From contig NC_057751.1 in assembly GCF_004010195.1 (NCBI RefSeq), positions 8,448,279-8,512,278 on the forward strand: a stretch of 64,000 nucleotides of DNA, written 5' to 3'. The position numbers were made by a program, and so were the translations under genes. The notes under the pieces are model-generated. The model saw nothing but the letters and a program-made list of their open reading frames with translations. It was not told where the DNA came from and made no database searches. Origin of the DNA: Chiloscyllium plagiosum. Taxonomy: Eukaryota. Every line of letters starts with the position of its first letter. Position 1 is the stretch's first letter. Shown piece after piece: positions 48,884 to 60,756 of the stretch.

Positions 48884-51800
48884 CCACTGACTTCCAGGCA
48901 GAATACCACTCGCTGTCTTCTGTTGGCCAGCCAATTCTGTATCCAGACAGCTATGTTCCCCTGAATCCCATTCCTCCTGACCTTCTGAATGAGCCTACCA
49001 TGGGGAACCTTATTAAATGCCTTGCTGAAGTCCATATACACCACATCCACAGCTCAACCCTCATCAACTTTTCTAGTCACATCCTCAAAAAACCTGATAA
49101 GGTTTGTGAGGCATGACCTGCCTCTCACAAAGCCGTGTTGACTGCATTTAATCAAGCCATGCTCTTCCAGATGGTCATAAATCCTATCCCTCAAAATCCT
49201 TTCTAACACCTTGCAGACTACAGACGTGAGACTTACTGGTCTGTAATTGCCTTGGATTTCCCTATTTTCTTTCTTGAAGAGAGGCATGACATTTGCCTCT
49301 CTCCAGTCTTCAGGTACGACTCCAGTGGAGAGCGAGGATGAAAAGATCTTCGCAAGTGGCGAAGCAATTGCATTTCTCGTTTCCCAAAGCAGCCGAGGAC
49401 AAATCTGGTCCAGGCCTGGTGACTTGTCAATCTTAATGTTTGACAAAATTTTCAGCACATCAGCTTCCTCTATCTCTATCCATTTCAGCATGCACACCTG
49501 CTCTTCAAAGGTTTCATTCACCACAAAGTTCGTTTCGTTCGTAAAAACAGAAGCAAAAAACTCATTTAGGGCTTCCCCGACCTCCTCAGACTCCACACAC
49601 AAGTTCTCTATGCTATCCCTGATCGGCCCTACTCTTTCTTTGACCATTCTGTTATTCCTCACATAAGTGTAAAATGCCTTTGTATTCTCCCTAATCCGTT
49701 CTGCCAAGCCTTTCTCGTGTCCCCTCCTGGCTCTCCTCAGACCATTTTTATGCTCCTTCCTTGCCTGCCTGTAATCCTGCAGAGCTGAGCTTGATCCTAG
49801 CTTCCTCCACCTTATGTAAGCTACCTTCTTCCTTTTGACGAGAAGCTCCACCGCTCTCGTCATCCAAGTTCTTTTATCTTACCACTTATTGTCTGTCTCA
49901 GAGGGACATATTTATTCATCACTTGCAACAACTGTTCCTTAAACAGTCTCCACATGTCTATAGTGCCTTTACCATGGAACAATTGCTCCCAATCCATGCT
50001 TCCTAACTCATGTCTAATCGCATCATAGTTTCCTCTTCCCCAATTAAATATCCTCCCATTTTGTCTAATCCTCTCCTTCTCCATAGCTATGTAGAATGTG
50101 AGGCAGTTGTGGTCACTATCACCAAAATGCTCTCCCACCACAAGATCTGATACCTGCCCTGGCTCGTTTCCGAGCACTATGTCTAGAATGGCCTCTCCCC
50201 TCGTCGGCCTGTCAACGTACTGAGTTAGGAAACCCTCCTGAACACACCTTACAAAAACAGCTCCATTCAAACCTTTTGCTCGAAGGAGGTTCCAATCAAT
50301 ATTGGAAAAGTTAAAGTCACCCATTACAACAACCCTACTACGTCCACACTTTTCTAAAATCTGCCGACCTATGCTTTCTTCCATCTCCCTGCTGCTATTG
50401 GGGGGCCTGTAGTAAACCCCTAAAGAGGTGACTGCTCCCTTGCTGTTCCTAATTTCCACCCATACTGACTCGGTATGCAGATCTCCTCGACAATCCCCCC
50501 CCCCCCCTATTCTTTTTAAATGCTCTAAACTCTGGAACTTGCACAGACTTAATGGGCTGAAGGGCCTTTTTCTTCACTGTAGACTCCATGACTCGGGCAC
50601 TGTCCAGTCCAGGAAATAAGGTTTCAGGAAGTCCTGGTCACCTCCCCTTTTTTTTTATTAAAGAGACAGTTAGACACTTTTTCATTTTTATGACCCATTC
50701 TCCAACTTCTTTGGGTTACTGACAAGTGAATGGACGCAAACATTGGTCCCACAGTGGGTGAAGGGACACACAAAATATTCTGCCTGGATGAGCAAATTCA
50801 TGGGATACCAAAAATTTGAACTGGGGAAGGGATTTTGCTGCACTTCGAAACAACAATCTTCATATGTCATGAAACAAATTTAATGTATAAAGCCACATAA
50901 GTTAAACAAAGGAATCAGAACTTTACCCCACATTTGGTGCTTATGATCCGCACGAACTTGCCCCCACCTTTCAACATATCATTCTATTCCTTATTGCCTC
51001 ATGCACAAAGCTAACTGGCTTCTGTAAAAGTGCATCAATGCCATCACACGCTACTGCACAAGGTGCACTTCACGCAAGGAGGAATATGGCAACTTCAAAA
51101 CACACAGAAGTGAAACATCATAAAGCAGAAACTAAAATAGTTTTTTTCACTTGTGTTACAGGGAGTTCAACAATTCCAATTTGACACTGAAATAAGAGTA
51201 TCCCTAGTTCTGGCCAAGACGCAAGCTCTCCCCTGCAAATAAATGTATTGTCCTCTGTGATAAATGGAGACTGTCAGTGCTAGAACTACAGTCATCCGTA
51301 ATTAGCTCTCTGAACATGGGAACACAATGGTTTGTAATAATAAAATGAACCAGATAAGTACACATCTTCACAATGCAATCAAGATTTATGAAAACAGACT
51401 GAACAATCCTTCAGATCAATGTTCCTATATCTAATGGAACATTAAAGTTTATTATTAAAGGTCATGCTGAAGTAAGGTCCTTTTTCTACTTTCTCTTCCT
51501 CACTCCCAGCCTCATCCCATAATTTGACTCTGACTACTGGCCTTCAGGGACTTTGTCTTATTTGCTTGTGAAAACATAAGTATGTTTTTCTTGTACCAAT
51601 TCACTGCTCATCAAGGTGAGGGAGTTTGCTGACGCAAAATTAAATGCTCTTTCCTTTCACACACCCAATATTCCAACAACCATTTTGACATCATCTATGA
51701 TGCAACGTAGATCCACTGTAGATTCATTAAATCCACTGTCCTTTTGAGCACCATTGAGATGAAAGCACAGGTTACATCTTCAAAGCACTTTGAGATCAGA

Positions 51801-52944
51801 CAGGTTGTTTAAGTCTGAAAGGGTTAATAGCCACAAGCGGTGTGGATAAATATTTTCTCACAGAGGGTCGTGTGTCTTTGGAAGAAGGAGTGCAGGGTTA
51901 CCATGAGTAAGCAGGAGTATAAAATAATCAGATCAGTGTTGATGTTCTTCCACAAGGGAGCAGACCGAAGGGGCAAAGAGGACTACTCGTGATCCTAATT
52001 CCGATGTTCATATGAGTGTGGTTTGGAAAGCTGAACTGATTATGTCACACAAAGGCAGTCTGAGACAGTCACTGGAATAACTATGAATGATTGAGAAGTG
52101 ACGAGCAGCAGTAATGGAAATTCACATGAAACCTGGAAAGTAACTAACACTGGACATTACCCAACTTATTTTTTCACAAGTGGAGACACCCATCTATAAC
52201 AAGCTCAAACAAGACACAACCGAGCAAGAAGTAGATTATTACTCTCCATCCGATTTCTCCCCATCTTTCCAAAGAGATGCATCTCTGCTGTGCACCAATA
52301 AAGCACCATATCGCATTTCAGGTCACTTACGTGTCTATTTCCCACACCTGTTGTTGTCACTCAAATTGCAAACAAATGCCAAATTGTACTCCTTTTTAAC
52401 CATTTGGAAACAAGTTTGAGATCGGCCAAATTACTCTCACGGGGGACATTGCACCAGTCACCAACTCCAAAAGTGGTTTCAAGATCTCAACAAGTGCACT
52501 CCAGTCACTTGCTCAAAAATCACTCTCAAGTGCAATGGATTATTGTGACTCATGACACAAATTAAATTAAGCCACTCCAACTGATCCTGACTGGAATCTT
52601 TAGAGTCTGAACGGGTTTGAAATTAAATGTGTCTTTACAGAAATATAAAATGGCACATTGATTCTTTTGAGGCACTGATTTTGTTTGCCCGGGACCATTC
52701 ACAGGGTATCCCATTAATTCCTGCTAAGAATGCTACTGTATTAATGCTCGATGTCCCTCATTATAAACTTCACTGCAGTTGCAATGTGTGCAGCCACTTC
52801 ATCCATTTCAATGATTCAATGCCTTGTGTTAGATCGAGATGACCTTATACCCTGTTTCTAATATAAAAGGCTATTTCTCTTAAGTGCTCGTGGCTAACAG
52901 TATCATGACACTCAGTTTGATGAGTTCTCAATGTTGTTACATGT

Positions 52945-53153
52945 TGGACAAGGTCAGAAGTCACACAACACCAGGTTATAGTCCAACAAGTTTATTTGAA
53001 ATCACAAGCTTTCGGACTGCTGCTTCTTCATCAGATGAAGTGCAGTGAAGGAGCAGTGCTCCAAAAGCTTGTGATTTTCAATAACCTGGACTATGGTGTC
53101 ATGTGACTTCTGACCTTGTCCACCCGAGTCCAACACCAGCATCTCCACACCAT
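52945..53153. mobile_element. Palindromic miniature PLE-like element (second family)
   Basis: TGGACAAGGTCAGAAGTCACA ... TGTGACTTCTGACCTTGTCCA arms; central CTGATGA..GAAAGCTT on the minus strand. Confidence 0.75.
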
Positions 53154-53321
53154 GGTTACATTTGGAAATGTACTTCTCCCAGTCTCAGTATCGTATTCCA
53201 GACAGCATCAGTGTGTCGATTGAAAGCTACTGTGATGGTGATTCTGGTGGCTTGTACTGCTGATTACTTCACATGGCTCCAACCAGCTTTGGTCTCTCAA
53301 GTATGGCTCTGAGAGGCTAGC

Positions 53322-53619
53322 ATGGGCGGCACGGTGGCACAGTGGTGAGCGCCAGAGACGCGGGTTCAAATCGCGCCTTGGGCAACTGTCTGTGTGGAGT
53401 TTGCACATTCTCCCTGTGTCTTGCGTGGGTTTCCTCCAGGGGCTCCGGTTTCCTCCCACAGTCTAAAGATGTGCAGGTTAGGTGAATTGGCCATGCTAAA
53501 TTGCCCGTAGTGTTAGGTGTAGGGGAATGGGAATGGGTCTGGGTGGGTTGCTCTTCGGAGGGTCGGTGTGGGCTTGTTGGGCCAAAGGGCCTGTTTCCAC
53601 ACTGTAAGTAATCTAATCT
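53322..53619 (+). mobile_element. HE1-type V-SINE, full length
   Basis: GGGCGGCACGGTGGC head, V-domain, GTAATCTAATCT tail. Confidence 0.93.
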
Positions 53620-53739
53620 TAACATTTGTTATTTAGAACCTACTACACGCACATGTTCTCTTCAACTCTGTCCAAGCTTCTACTTCCCAGTCTCTCCACA
53701 CAGTCACATGATTACTGACACCATGACGTTACCGTCTAC

Positions 53740-54655
53740 CCACGTCTTATTGGCGAGTTTTGAGAAGATTTGTAGCTCAGGTTGAGGTTCTGGATGAAGG
53801 TTTGCTTGTTAAGCTGGAAAGTTCATTTTCAGATGTTTTGTTACCATGTTAGGTAATATCTTCAGTGAGCCTCTGGCTGAAGCACTGGTTGTGTAAGCCA
53901 CTTTCTATATATGTGTTTGGGTTTCCTTAGGTTGGTCATATCATTTCCCACAGTGACATTGTTTCTTATGGTGATGTGATTTCTTGTTCTTTTTCTCAGG
54001 GGGTAGTAAATGGGATTCAAGTCAATGTGTTTGTTGAGAGAGTTCCAGTTGGAATGCCATGCTTCTAGGAATTCTCATGGTAGCCCACAAACCCACCCAC
54101 ACACTAAAACAGCAGTAATGAATTTGAAAGACCTAATACAGGCAACATGCAAGACGAATGTCATTCACAAAATGCCTTGCAAGAACTGTAACGAACACTG
54201 CAATAGACAAACAGGCAGAAAGCTAGCCACCAGGATACATGAACATCAACTAGCCACAAAATGGCATGACCCACTCTCACTGGTATCCTTACATACAGAT
54301 GAGGAAGGACACCACTTCGACTGGGACAACACATCCATCCTAGGACAAGCCAAACAGAGACACACACAAGAAATCCTAGAAACATGGCATTCCAACTGGA
54401 CCTCTATCAACAAACACATGAACTTGGATCCCATTTCCCAACCTACTGAGAAAAAGAACAGAAAATGACATCACCATAGGAAATGATGTCACCACAGGAA
54501 ATGACATCACAAAGCCAAGGAAACCCCAAACACATAAATAGAAAGTGGGCTACACCACCAGTGCTTCATCCGGAGGCTCACTAAAGATGTTACCTAATAT
54601 GGTGACGAAACGTCTGAAAACAAACCTTCCAGCTCAGCAAGCAAACCTACATCCA
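53740..54655 (+). mobile_element. Penelope element (GIY-YIG C-terminus) with inverted pseudo-LTR
   Basis: KTNVIHKMPCKNCNEHCNRQTGRKLATRIHEH..GHHFDWDN..ILETWHS; 53790-54077 inverted against 54368-54655. Confidence 0.9.
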
Positions 54656-55544
54656 TGTCTAATTTTTTTCGAAATTAACTCAAAGCAGCTTTGAAACGGA
54701 TTAAAATTGACAAAATTCATTTCATAAAGGGCCATTTTTACCAACCAAAGTGTCAGTCAAGGCTTTCAGGACATCAGGTTAGCACTTCCTGTAAAAGTCA
54801 AGTGAGGCAAAGATCAACTACTGTCCCACAATGTCTCGGTGTTTGTTAATCAAAACCCCAATGATGAAGACACATCCACTTATGGGGATCACAGCTCAGA
54901 CCACAGCTGAACACAGCATGAAATCCAACGAGGAAACCAGGAAAATGGTGATGCAGTGGAACAAAATAACAACGATTTGCAGACGCTACAAATCTGAAAC
55001 AAAAACAGATAATGCTGGTCAAACTCAGTAGGTCTGGCAGCATCTGTGGAGAGGAAACAATGTTTGGGTCCAGTGAGCTTTCTTCAGAACTAGTGATGAA
55101 GTGGACCTTGCTCCCATGAGAAGAGCTTGCATCCTGAATCACTCTGAAATGCCTTGATGACAGTCATGCACTTTCTTTGCAGCTGGATAACATCGAGGAA
55201 GTGAAATGAATGGTCATTTGATTCCATGTTGGCAAAAGTCACCTTGAAAGTAATATTGACCAGGTGACTGCAACACAGGATCAACCGATTTCAAATGCGT
55301 CCGTGTACAATTATAATCTGAGACATCAATCAAATGCAAGCATTTCCTCATGACATTTGCAAACAAAAGACGCAGTCCTTCTGAATTTACGCATGCGGAC
55401 CTTGGCAAGAGACGGGGATGGAGGCACCTGACAACTTGTTGTACGACCTCCATCGATTGCAATCAAGGATAGGGTATAAAATGGGCTATTGACTCATTAT
55501 CAAGCACTGAGTACAACCATCTGAGATAAGTCAGCTGCGATGTA

Positions 55545-56075
55545 GCTTTGGTCTCCTTATTTGAGAAAGGATGTACTGGCACTGGAAGGGGTACAGAGGA
55601 GGTTCACTCGGTCGATTCTGGAGTTGAGGGGATTGACATGAGGACAGACTAAGTACATTGCAATTCTATCATTGGAATTTAGAAGAATGAGGGGGGATCT
55701 TATGGAAACATATGAAATAATGAAGGGAATGGATAAAATAGACTTAGAGAGGACGTTTCCATTGGCAGGTGAAACTAGGATAAGAGGGCATAGCCTCAAA
55801 ATCAGAGGGAAGCAGATTTAAGACTGAATTGAGAAGGAACTTCTTCACCCATAGGGTTGTGAGTCTATGGAATTCCCTGCCCTGTGAAGTAGTTGAGGAT
55901 TCCTCAGTAAAGTTTGGATAGATATGTTTTTGAACAGTAAAGGAATGAAGGGTGGTGGTGAGAGGGTGGGTAAGTGGAGCTAAGGCCACAAAAAGATCAG
56001 ACATGATTTTATTGAATGGCAGAGCAGGCTCGAAGGGCCAGACAGCCTACACCTGCTCTAGTTCTTATGTTCTCA
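55545..56075 (+). mobile_element. CR1 LINE 3' fragment
   Basis: [56 protein letters not shown] tail. Confidence 0.9.
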
Positions 56076-57039
56076 TGTATTTTTCACAACATAATCCTCC
56101 TGCCATGATTTACTGTGAACCATGAAACTTTCACAGGTGTTCTGTCCAAAAGCATTGGGACCCATGGGTTTGAAACATAAGACAATTGGCAGCTTTTGTC
56201 AGTGGGGACATGCCATTGATGTCTATGCACAGGGACAATGTGAGAAGGCCAGTCCCAACACTAGAATGGGAATCAGTCCCTCTTGCTCCAATTCTGAACT
56301 ACACATCTGCCATCTCGCCAACTGAGCTGACTGGCCCCTTCATCCTACCATAACATATTTGTTATGTTCCATCATCAGAAACAGCACCTCTTTCAAACAG
56401 AGGAACAATCTTTTAAATCAAGATTGGCACGTGATTTTTGCACTGAGGACAAATGATGAAACATTTTGGATCCAGTTGACAAACACCGCTTAATATGCCT
56501 ACTCTAACAGTCCTCGTTATTGGAATGAATTTATTCCACTGCTTAGCTGCTTGGTTGACTGACTCCTTATAATAGAGTATAAATTGTTTCCTACTCAACA
56601 CTGGTTTAACCAAACCTTTGCCCTCCAAAATGCATTTTCTTAACCCCAAGCATTACAGAGTTAGTGTAGCGTAGAGAATCTACTGTAATAAGGAATATTT
56701 TTACAGAGAACTAAAACATTACTTGCAAAGGAAACTGGCTCTAAAAGGACAATGAACTCACTAACGTTATTGATAATATATTGTTCTTGTAATGAGAACA
56801 ATACAGTTTGAGTATGATCGCATCTGTTGAACTAATGAACTAAAATTCTGTTGATACAATTAGTCTTGCTTCATCACTTTCCATTCAGGCTATGTTGACC
56901 TGAATAGAACAAGATCCTCAAATTTCAGGCTGAGATGTGGTCCTGTTCATGCTTTGGGAAGAACCTAGCGCATTTACCAATCAAGTGTGTGTTTCAATTT
57001 TCAGATGCAGGGCATTAGCAAGAAATTTGCAAATCATTG

Positions 57040-57810
57040 AGGCAGTCCGTCGTCATGTGCAGCAAGACCTGGACAACACCCATGATTCGGCTGAAAAGCT
57101 GCAATAACAATTGCACCACATTAGTGCCAAGCAAACATTGTCACCAATAAGAGAATCCAACTGTTGCCCCTTGACAGTGAATGGTACCACCCTCGCTGAA
57201 TCCCCCATTATTAACTTCCTGGAATTTGTAATTGATTAGAAACTTAACCAGACCAGCCGTACAAATACTACGCCGACAAGTACAGGTCAGAGGTCAGGAA
57301 TTCTCCGGGAAGCAACTTATTTCTTGATTCCCCAAGGTCAGTGTACAATCTGCAAGGCACAAGTCAGGAATGTTCCCCATTTGCCATGGCTGAATGCAGC
57401 TTTGATAATACTCAAGAAGCTCCACACCGTCCAGGAAAAGACAACTGACACTCAATCCACCGCCCTCAGTAGTTACCCTCTTCAACAATAATGCACACGT
57501 ACAAGACATGCTGCAGTAACTCACCAAGGGTTCTCTTGACAGCACCTTCCAACACATAACTTCCACCTCGAAGGACAATGGCAGCAGATACAGGGGAACA
57601 CCACCACCTGCAAGTTCCCTTCCAAGACATCCACCAATATCACTTGAAAATATGTCAGCGCTACAACACTGTCATGAGGTCAAAAACCTCCAACTTCCTT
57701 CCTAATAGCACTGTGGGTTGCTCTGCAGCCCAGGGACTACAATGTTTCAAGGAAACAGCTCAGCAGCACCTTTTACAGGGTAACCAGTGAGCGACGCCAA
57801 TATCCTGCGA
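57040..57810 (+). mobile_element. Old CR1/L2-like LINE 3' part
   Basis: QQDLDN, YNLQGTSQE (decayed IYKAQVRS) region; 3' UTR shared with 6915-7225. Confidence 0.7.
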
Positions 57811-57829
57811 GAAAACACAAATCACCTGA

Positions 57830-58200
57830 CTTCTGACTTCCAAATCACATTCTCTTCGCCCAACTCAAGGAAGGCACTCAAAAAGCAGAGGCAAAAGGAA
57901 GTATCTCAAAAAACCCCTGAAAGCCTCCCTCAAGAAATGCAACATCAATGTCAATGTGAGGAGACCCTCGTTCAGAAGAAACAAAGTGCAAGGAAGCCCC
58001 TGCCTGAAGGGACACAATACTTTGAGGACCCCAGCGGACAAGCTGGGAGTTTGGAAAGGAAGCTGAGAAAGACATTGCAGCAAACTCAAGAGCAAGGACC
58101 AATTCCACCTCCCAGAGACAAGTGCCAACTGCATGGTCAGAAATGTGGCTCTAGGATTGTGCTCATCACCAATAAGGACCTATGGAACCAGTGACACAGA
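57830..58200 (+). mobile_element. RTE-clade LINE C-terminal fragment
   Basis: KPLKASLKKCNINVN/ETLVQ..EGTQYFE..CQLHGQKCGSRIVLI resembles the RTE C-terminus DTLKASLK and C2H2-like motif. Confidence 0.75.
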
Positions 58201-59814
58201 ATTTCCTTGGTGGACAACCTTCCTCATTATCTCCTAATTGCTGCAGAAGACCAAATAAAGTAATTACTCTTTCAACCCACCAACAGCACAGTCATCTGTC
58301 CAAAATGTGACTACCCAACAACAGAAGGTCACAAGTCTAAAGACTTAAACCTCCAGCTCCCTCTGCACAATTTGACTTTTCAAGAGTTACTACGTTTCAG
58401 AACTATTGGCTGTAAACCATCGTCAGAAATCCTGAGGTCCTTGAAGGTGCAGTGGAAATGCAAGTCTTTGTTTCCCTGTGACTTCCTAACTAGCCTTGAC
58501 TTCTCTTACTCATTGCTCCTCATCACCTTCACTTCTCAATCAAATGAAATCAGCACCTCCCAAACTCCTCCATTTAATATCCTGATAGAGGCAACAGAAA
58601 ACAACTTCTCAACCTGGGAAAAGAAATTCTGTGACCTGCTCTCACACCCCTCAATCTGTCAAAAACAGCACCCAAGGAAATAACATCATCCGAATCTCTT
58701 TTTATGCGAATTTACAGTTTTGCTACAATGAAAACAAAAAAAGAAACTTTTCCATATTTCTTCTGAAAACCAAAGTTGCCAGGGATCAGCATACATCACC
58801 ATGCAAAATGCTTCTAAACTCGGAGCAATTTAGCAAAATGACGACTTGACATTTTCCATAAAAGCAAAGGTACAGAAGCTCTGGGCAATTCTTCACATAT
58901 TTTATTATACAAACATATACTTGTTATGTCCTCCCAACTCAGGGACCTGAACAGAAATCCGGCAGCTTTAAGCTGGGTTGATATCGAATCCATTGTCTGT
59001 CACAGGTAGTGATTTATGTCCAAGTACTGCTGTTCACAGGTAGAGTGGAAAATAAAATAATGCACTCCATTTATTAAAAAGGCCACGCGGGGATTGTTTG
59101 TTGTTGGCTGTCACTTAGTTAAGCTATTCCAACATATATAGAGAGGCCTATCAGGTCACGTATTGACTACAAACCTCCTGAAGTTTCCCCAGGGCTTCTT
59201 CACAATTTACTGATAGCCTCTGTACTGTGTGCACCCATTTATATAAATAACCGTTCCATTCATTGGAGCCGACACATCTGAATGCTGTGTGCTTTCAGAT
59301 CTCTCTTAATGGATGCGTAGGGCAATCATTATTTCTGCCAAGCCTCTAGTCTGTCTCCCAAATGAAATCCATTCCGGAACTCTGTTCCTGCAACAAACTC
59401 CAAGAATCCCACATCAACCCAAGAAGCAGACTCATGGTTCTGGATTGCAAAGTCAAAACTCACACAACACCAGGTTATGGTCCAACAGGTTCACTTGAAA
59501 TCATTTTTCCCTGCAATGCTCCTAAAAGATTTCGCCCGCGGTCCGTGCGCGCAAACCCAGGTTTAAAATCATTTCTTCAACTCATCCCGTGCTTCCTTGT
59601 CAAAGCAGGCGTGCTCTATCTCACTAGGGAGCTTTCAGTGAACAAAAGAAAATCTCCATGTCTGTTGGTTCAGTTAGCAGTACAGCAGGACTGCTCCTGC
59701 CACGGGGTGAGAGAAAGATCGCCAGGGGTCCTGCTGCTGCTCAGCACTGACCCACCTAAAACATGGACCCCAGGGGAGGGCAAGGTTGGGTTCAGCTCTG
59801 ATTCTTGCAAATAG

Positions 59815-60360
59815 GGACAGAGAAGATAAGAGCAGGAGTAAGCTAATCGGTCCTTCGAGTGTGCTCTGCCATTCATGGCTGATCATCCAACTCAGTACCC
59901 TATTCTGGCTTTGTCGCCAGACCCTTGGATCCCAAAATCTCAAAACTATATCCAACCCCTTAGAGTCATTCATGGGAGCATGACCTTCGGCCCAACCCAT
60001 CCATGCTGATTGGGTTTCCTACACTGAATCAGCCCAATTTATCTGCATTTGGCCCACATCCCTTTAAACCTTTCCTGTCTATGTACCTGTCCAAATGTCT
60101 TTTAAATGTTATAATTGTACCTTCTTTCGAACAACCAATGTTTTGGCCTCAACTACTTGCTACAGTGAAGAGAATTCCGCAGGATCACCATTCGTGTGAA
60201 GAAATTTTCATTATCTAAGTCCAAAATGACCGACCTTGTACCTTTAAACTATGGCTCCTGGTTCTCGATTCTTGGGTCATTGGAAATATATGTGTTTATA
60301 CTGTTTCGTCCTGTTAGAATTTTGCAGGTTTCTATGAGAGCCCCCATCATTCTTCTCACA
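59815..60360 (-). mobile_element. CR1 3' tail fragments (two adjacent)
   Basis: CTCTGCCATTCATGGCTGATC; ACCTTCGGCCCAACC; TACCTGTCCAAATGTCTTTTAAATGT. Confidence 0.7.
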
Positions 60361-60545
60361 TGTCACAGATGTGAGTGTGGAGATTAGACCCTCCCTTGAA
60401 AATGACTTTCCTGATCACCTCTCCAGCTTCAATCAAAATCAGTTTTTTATTGATTGAGCTGTCATGATGCTTCTTGAGATAATGTTCCACGTTGTAGGCG
60501 CTATGTAAGTAAATACACGTTTCTGTTGCTTCAACTGCTGTTTGC

Positions 60546-60756
60546 AGTTGAAAAGTATGGTGCTGGAAAAACACAGCAGGCCAGGCAGCATCCGAGAAGC
60601 AGGAGAATCGACGTTTCGGGCATAAGCCCTTCTTCAGGCTTATGCCCAAAATGTCAATTCTCCTGCTCCTCAGATGCTGCCTGGCCTGCTGTGTTTTTCC
60701 AGCACCACACTTTTCAACTCTGGTCTCCAGCATCTGCAGTCCTCACTATCTCCTAT
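60546..60756. mobile_element. Palindromic miniature PLE derivative with 17-bp flanking direct repeat
   Basis: ~80-bp inverted arms; CTGCTGTTTGCAGTTGA at 60535-60551 and 60757-60773. Confidence 0.88.

Larger units (their letters stand above)
48101..50490 (-). mobile_element. CR1 LINE ORF2 (APE endonuclease + RT) with 3' tail, spanning the gap
   Basis: GVYYRPP, MGDFN, ILDIVL, SDHN (APE); KSPG, NYRPVSLTS, QHGF, YMDFSKAF (RT); (AGAACAT)n tail at 48103; contiguity across the gap is assumed. Confidence 0.93.

Noticed and set aside
48183..49116. Long ORFs of 197-286 aa
   Set aside because: Artefacts of the N gap
53322..53400. tRNA-like sequences at SINE heads
   Set aside because: They continue into V-domain SINE bodies, so they are not tRNA genes
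55170..55209. Acceptor followed by LDNIEEVK-stop
   Set aside because: Too short, no upstream exons or recognisable protein
59500..59800. Small CpG cluster and 150-aa ORF (59362-59814)
   Set aside because: Too short for a CpG island; the ORF crosses a repeat fragment and has no recognisable domain
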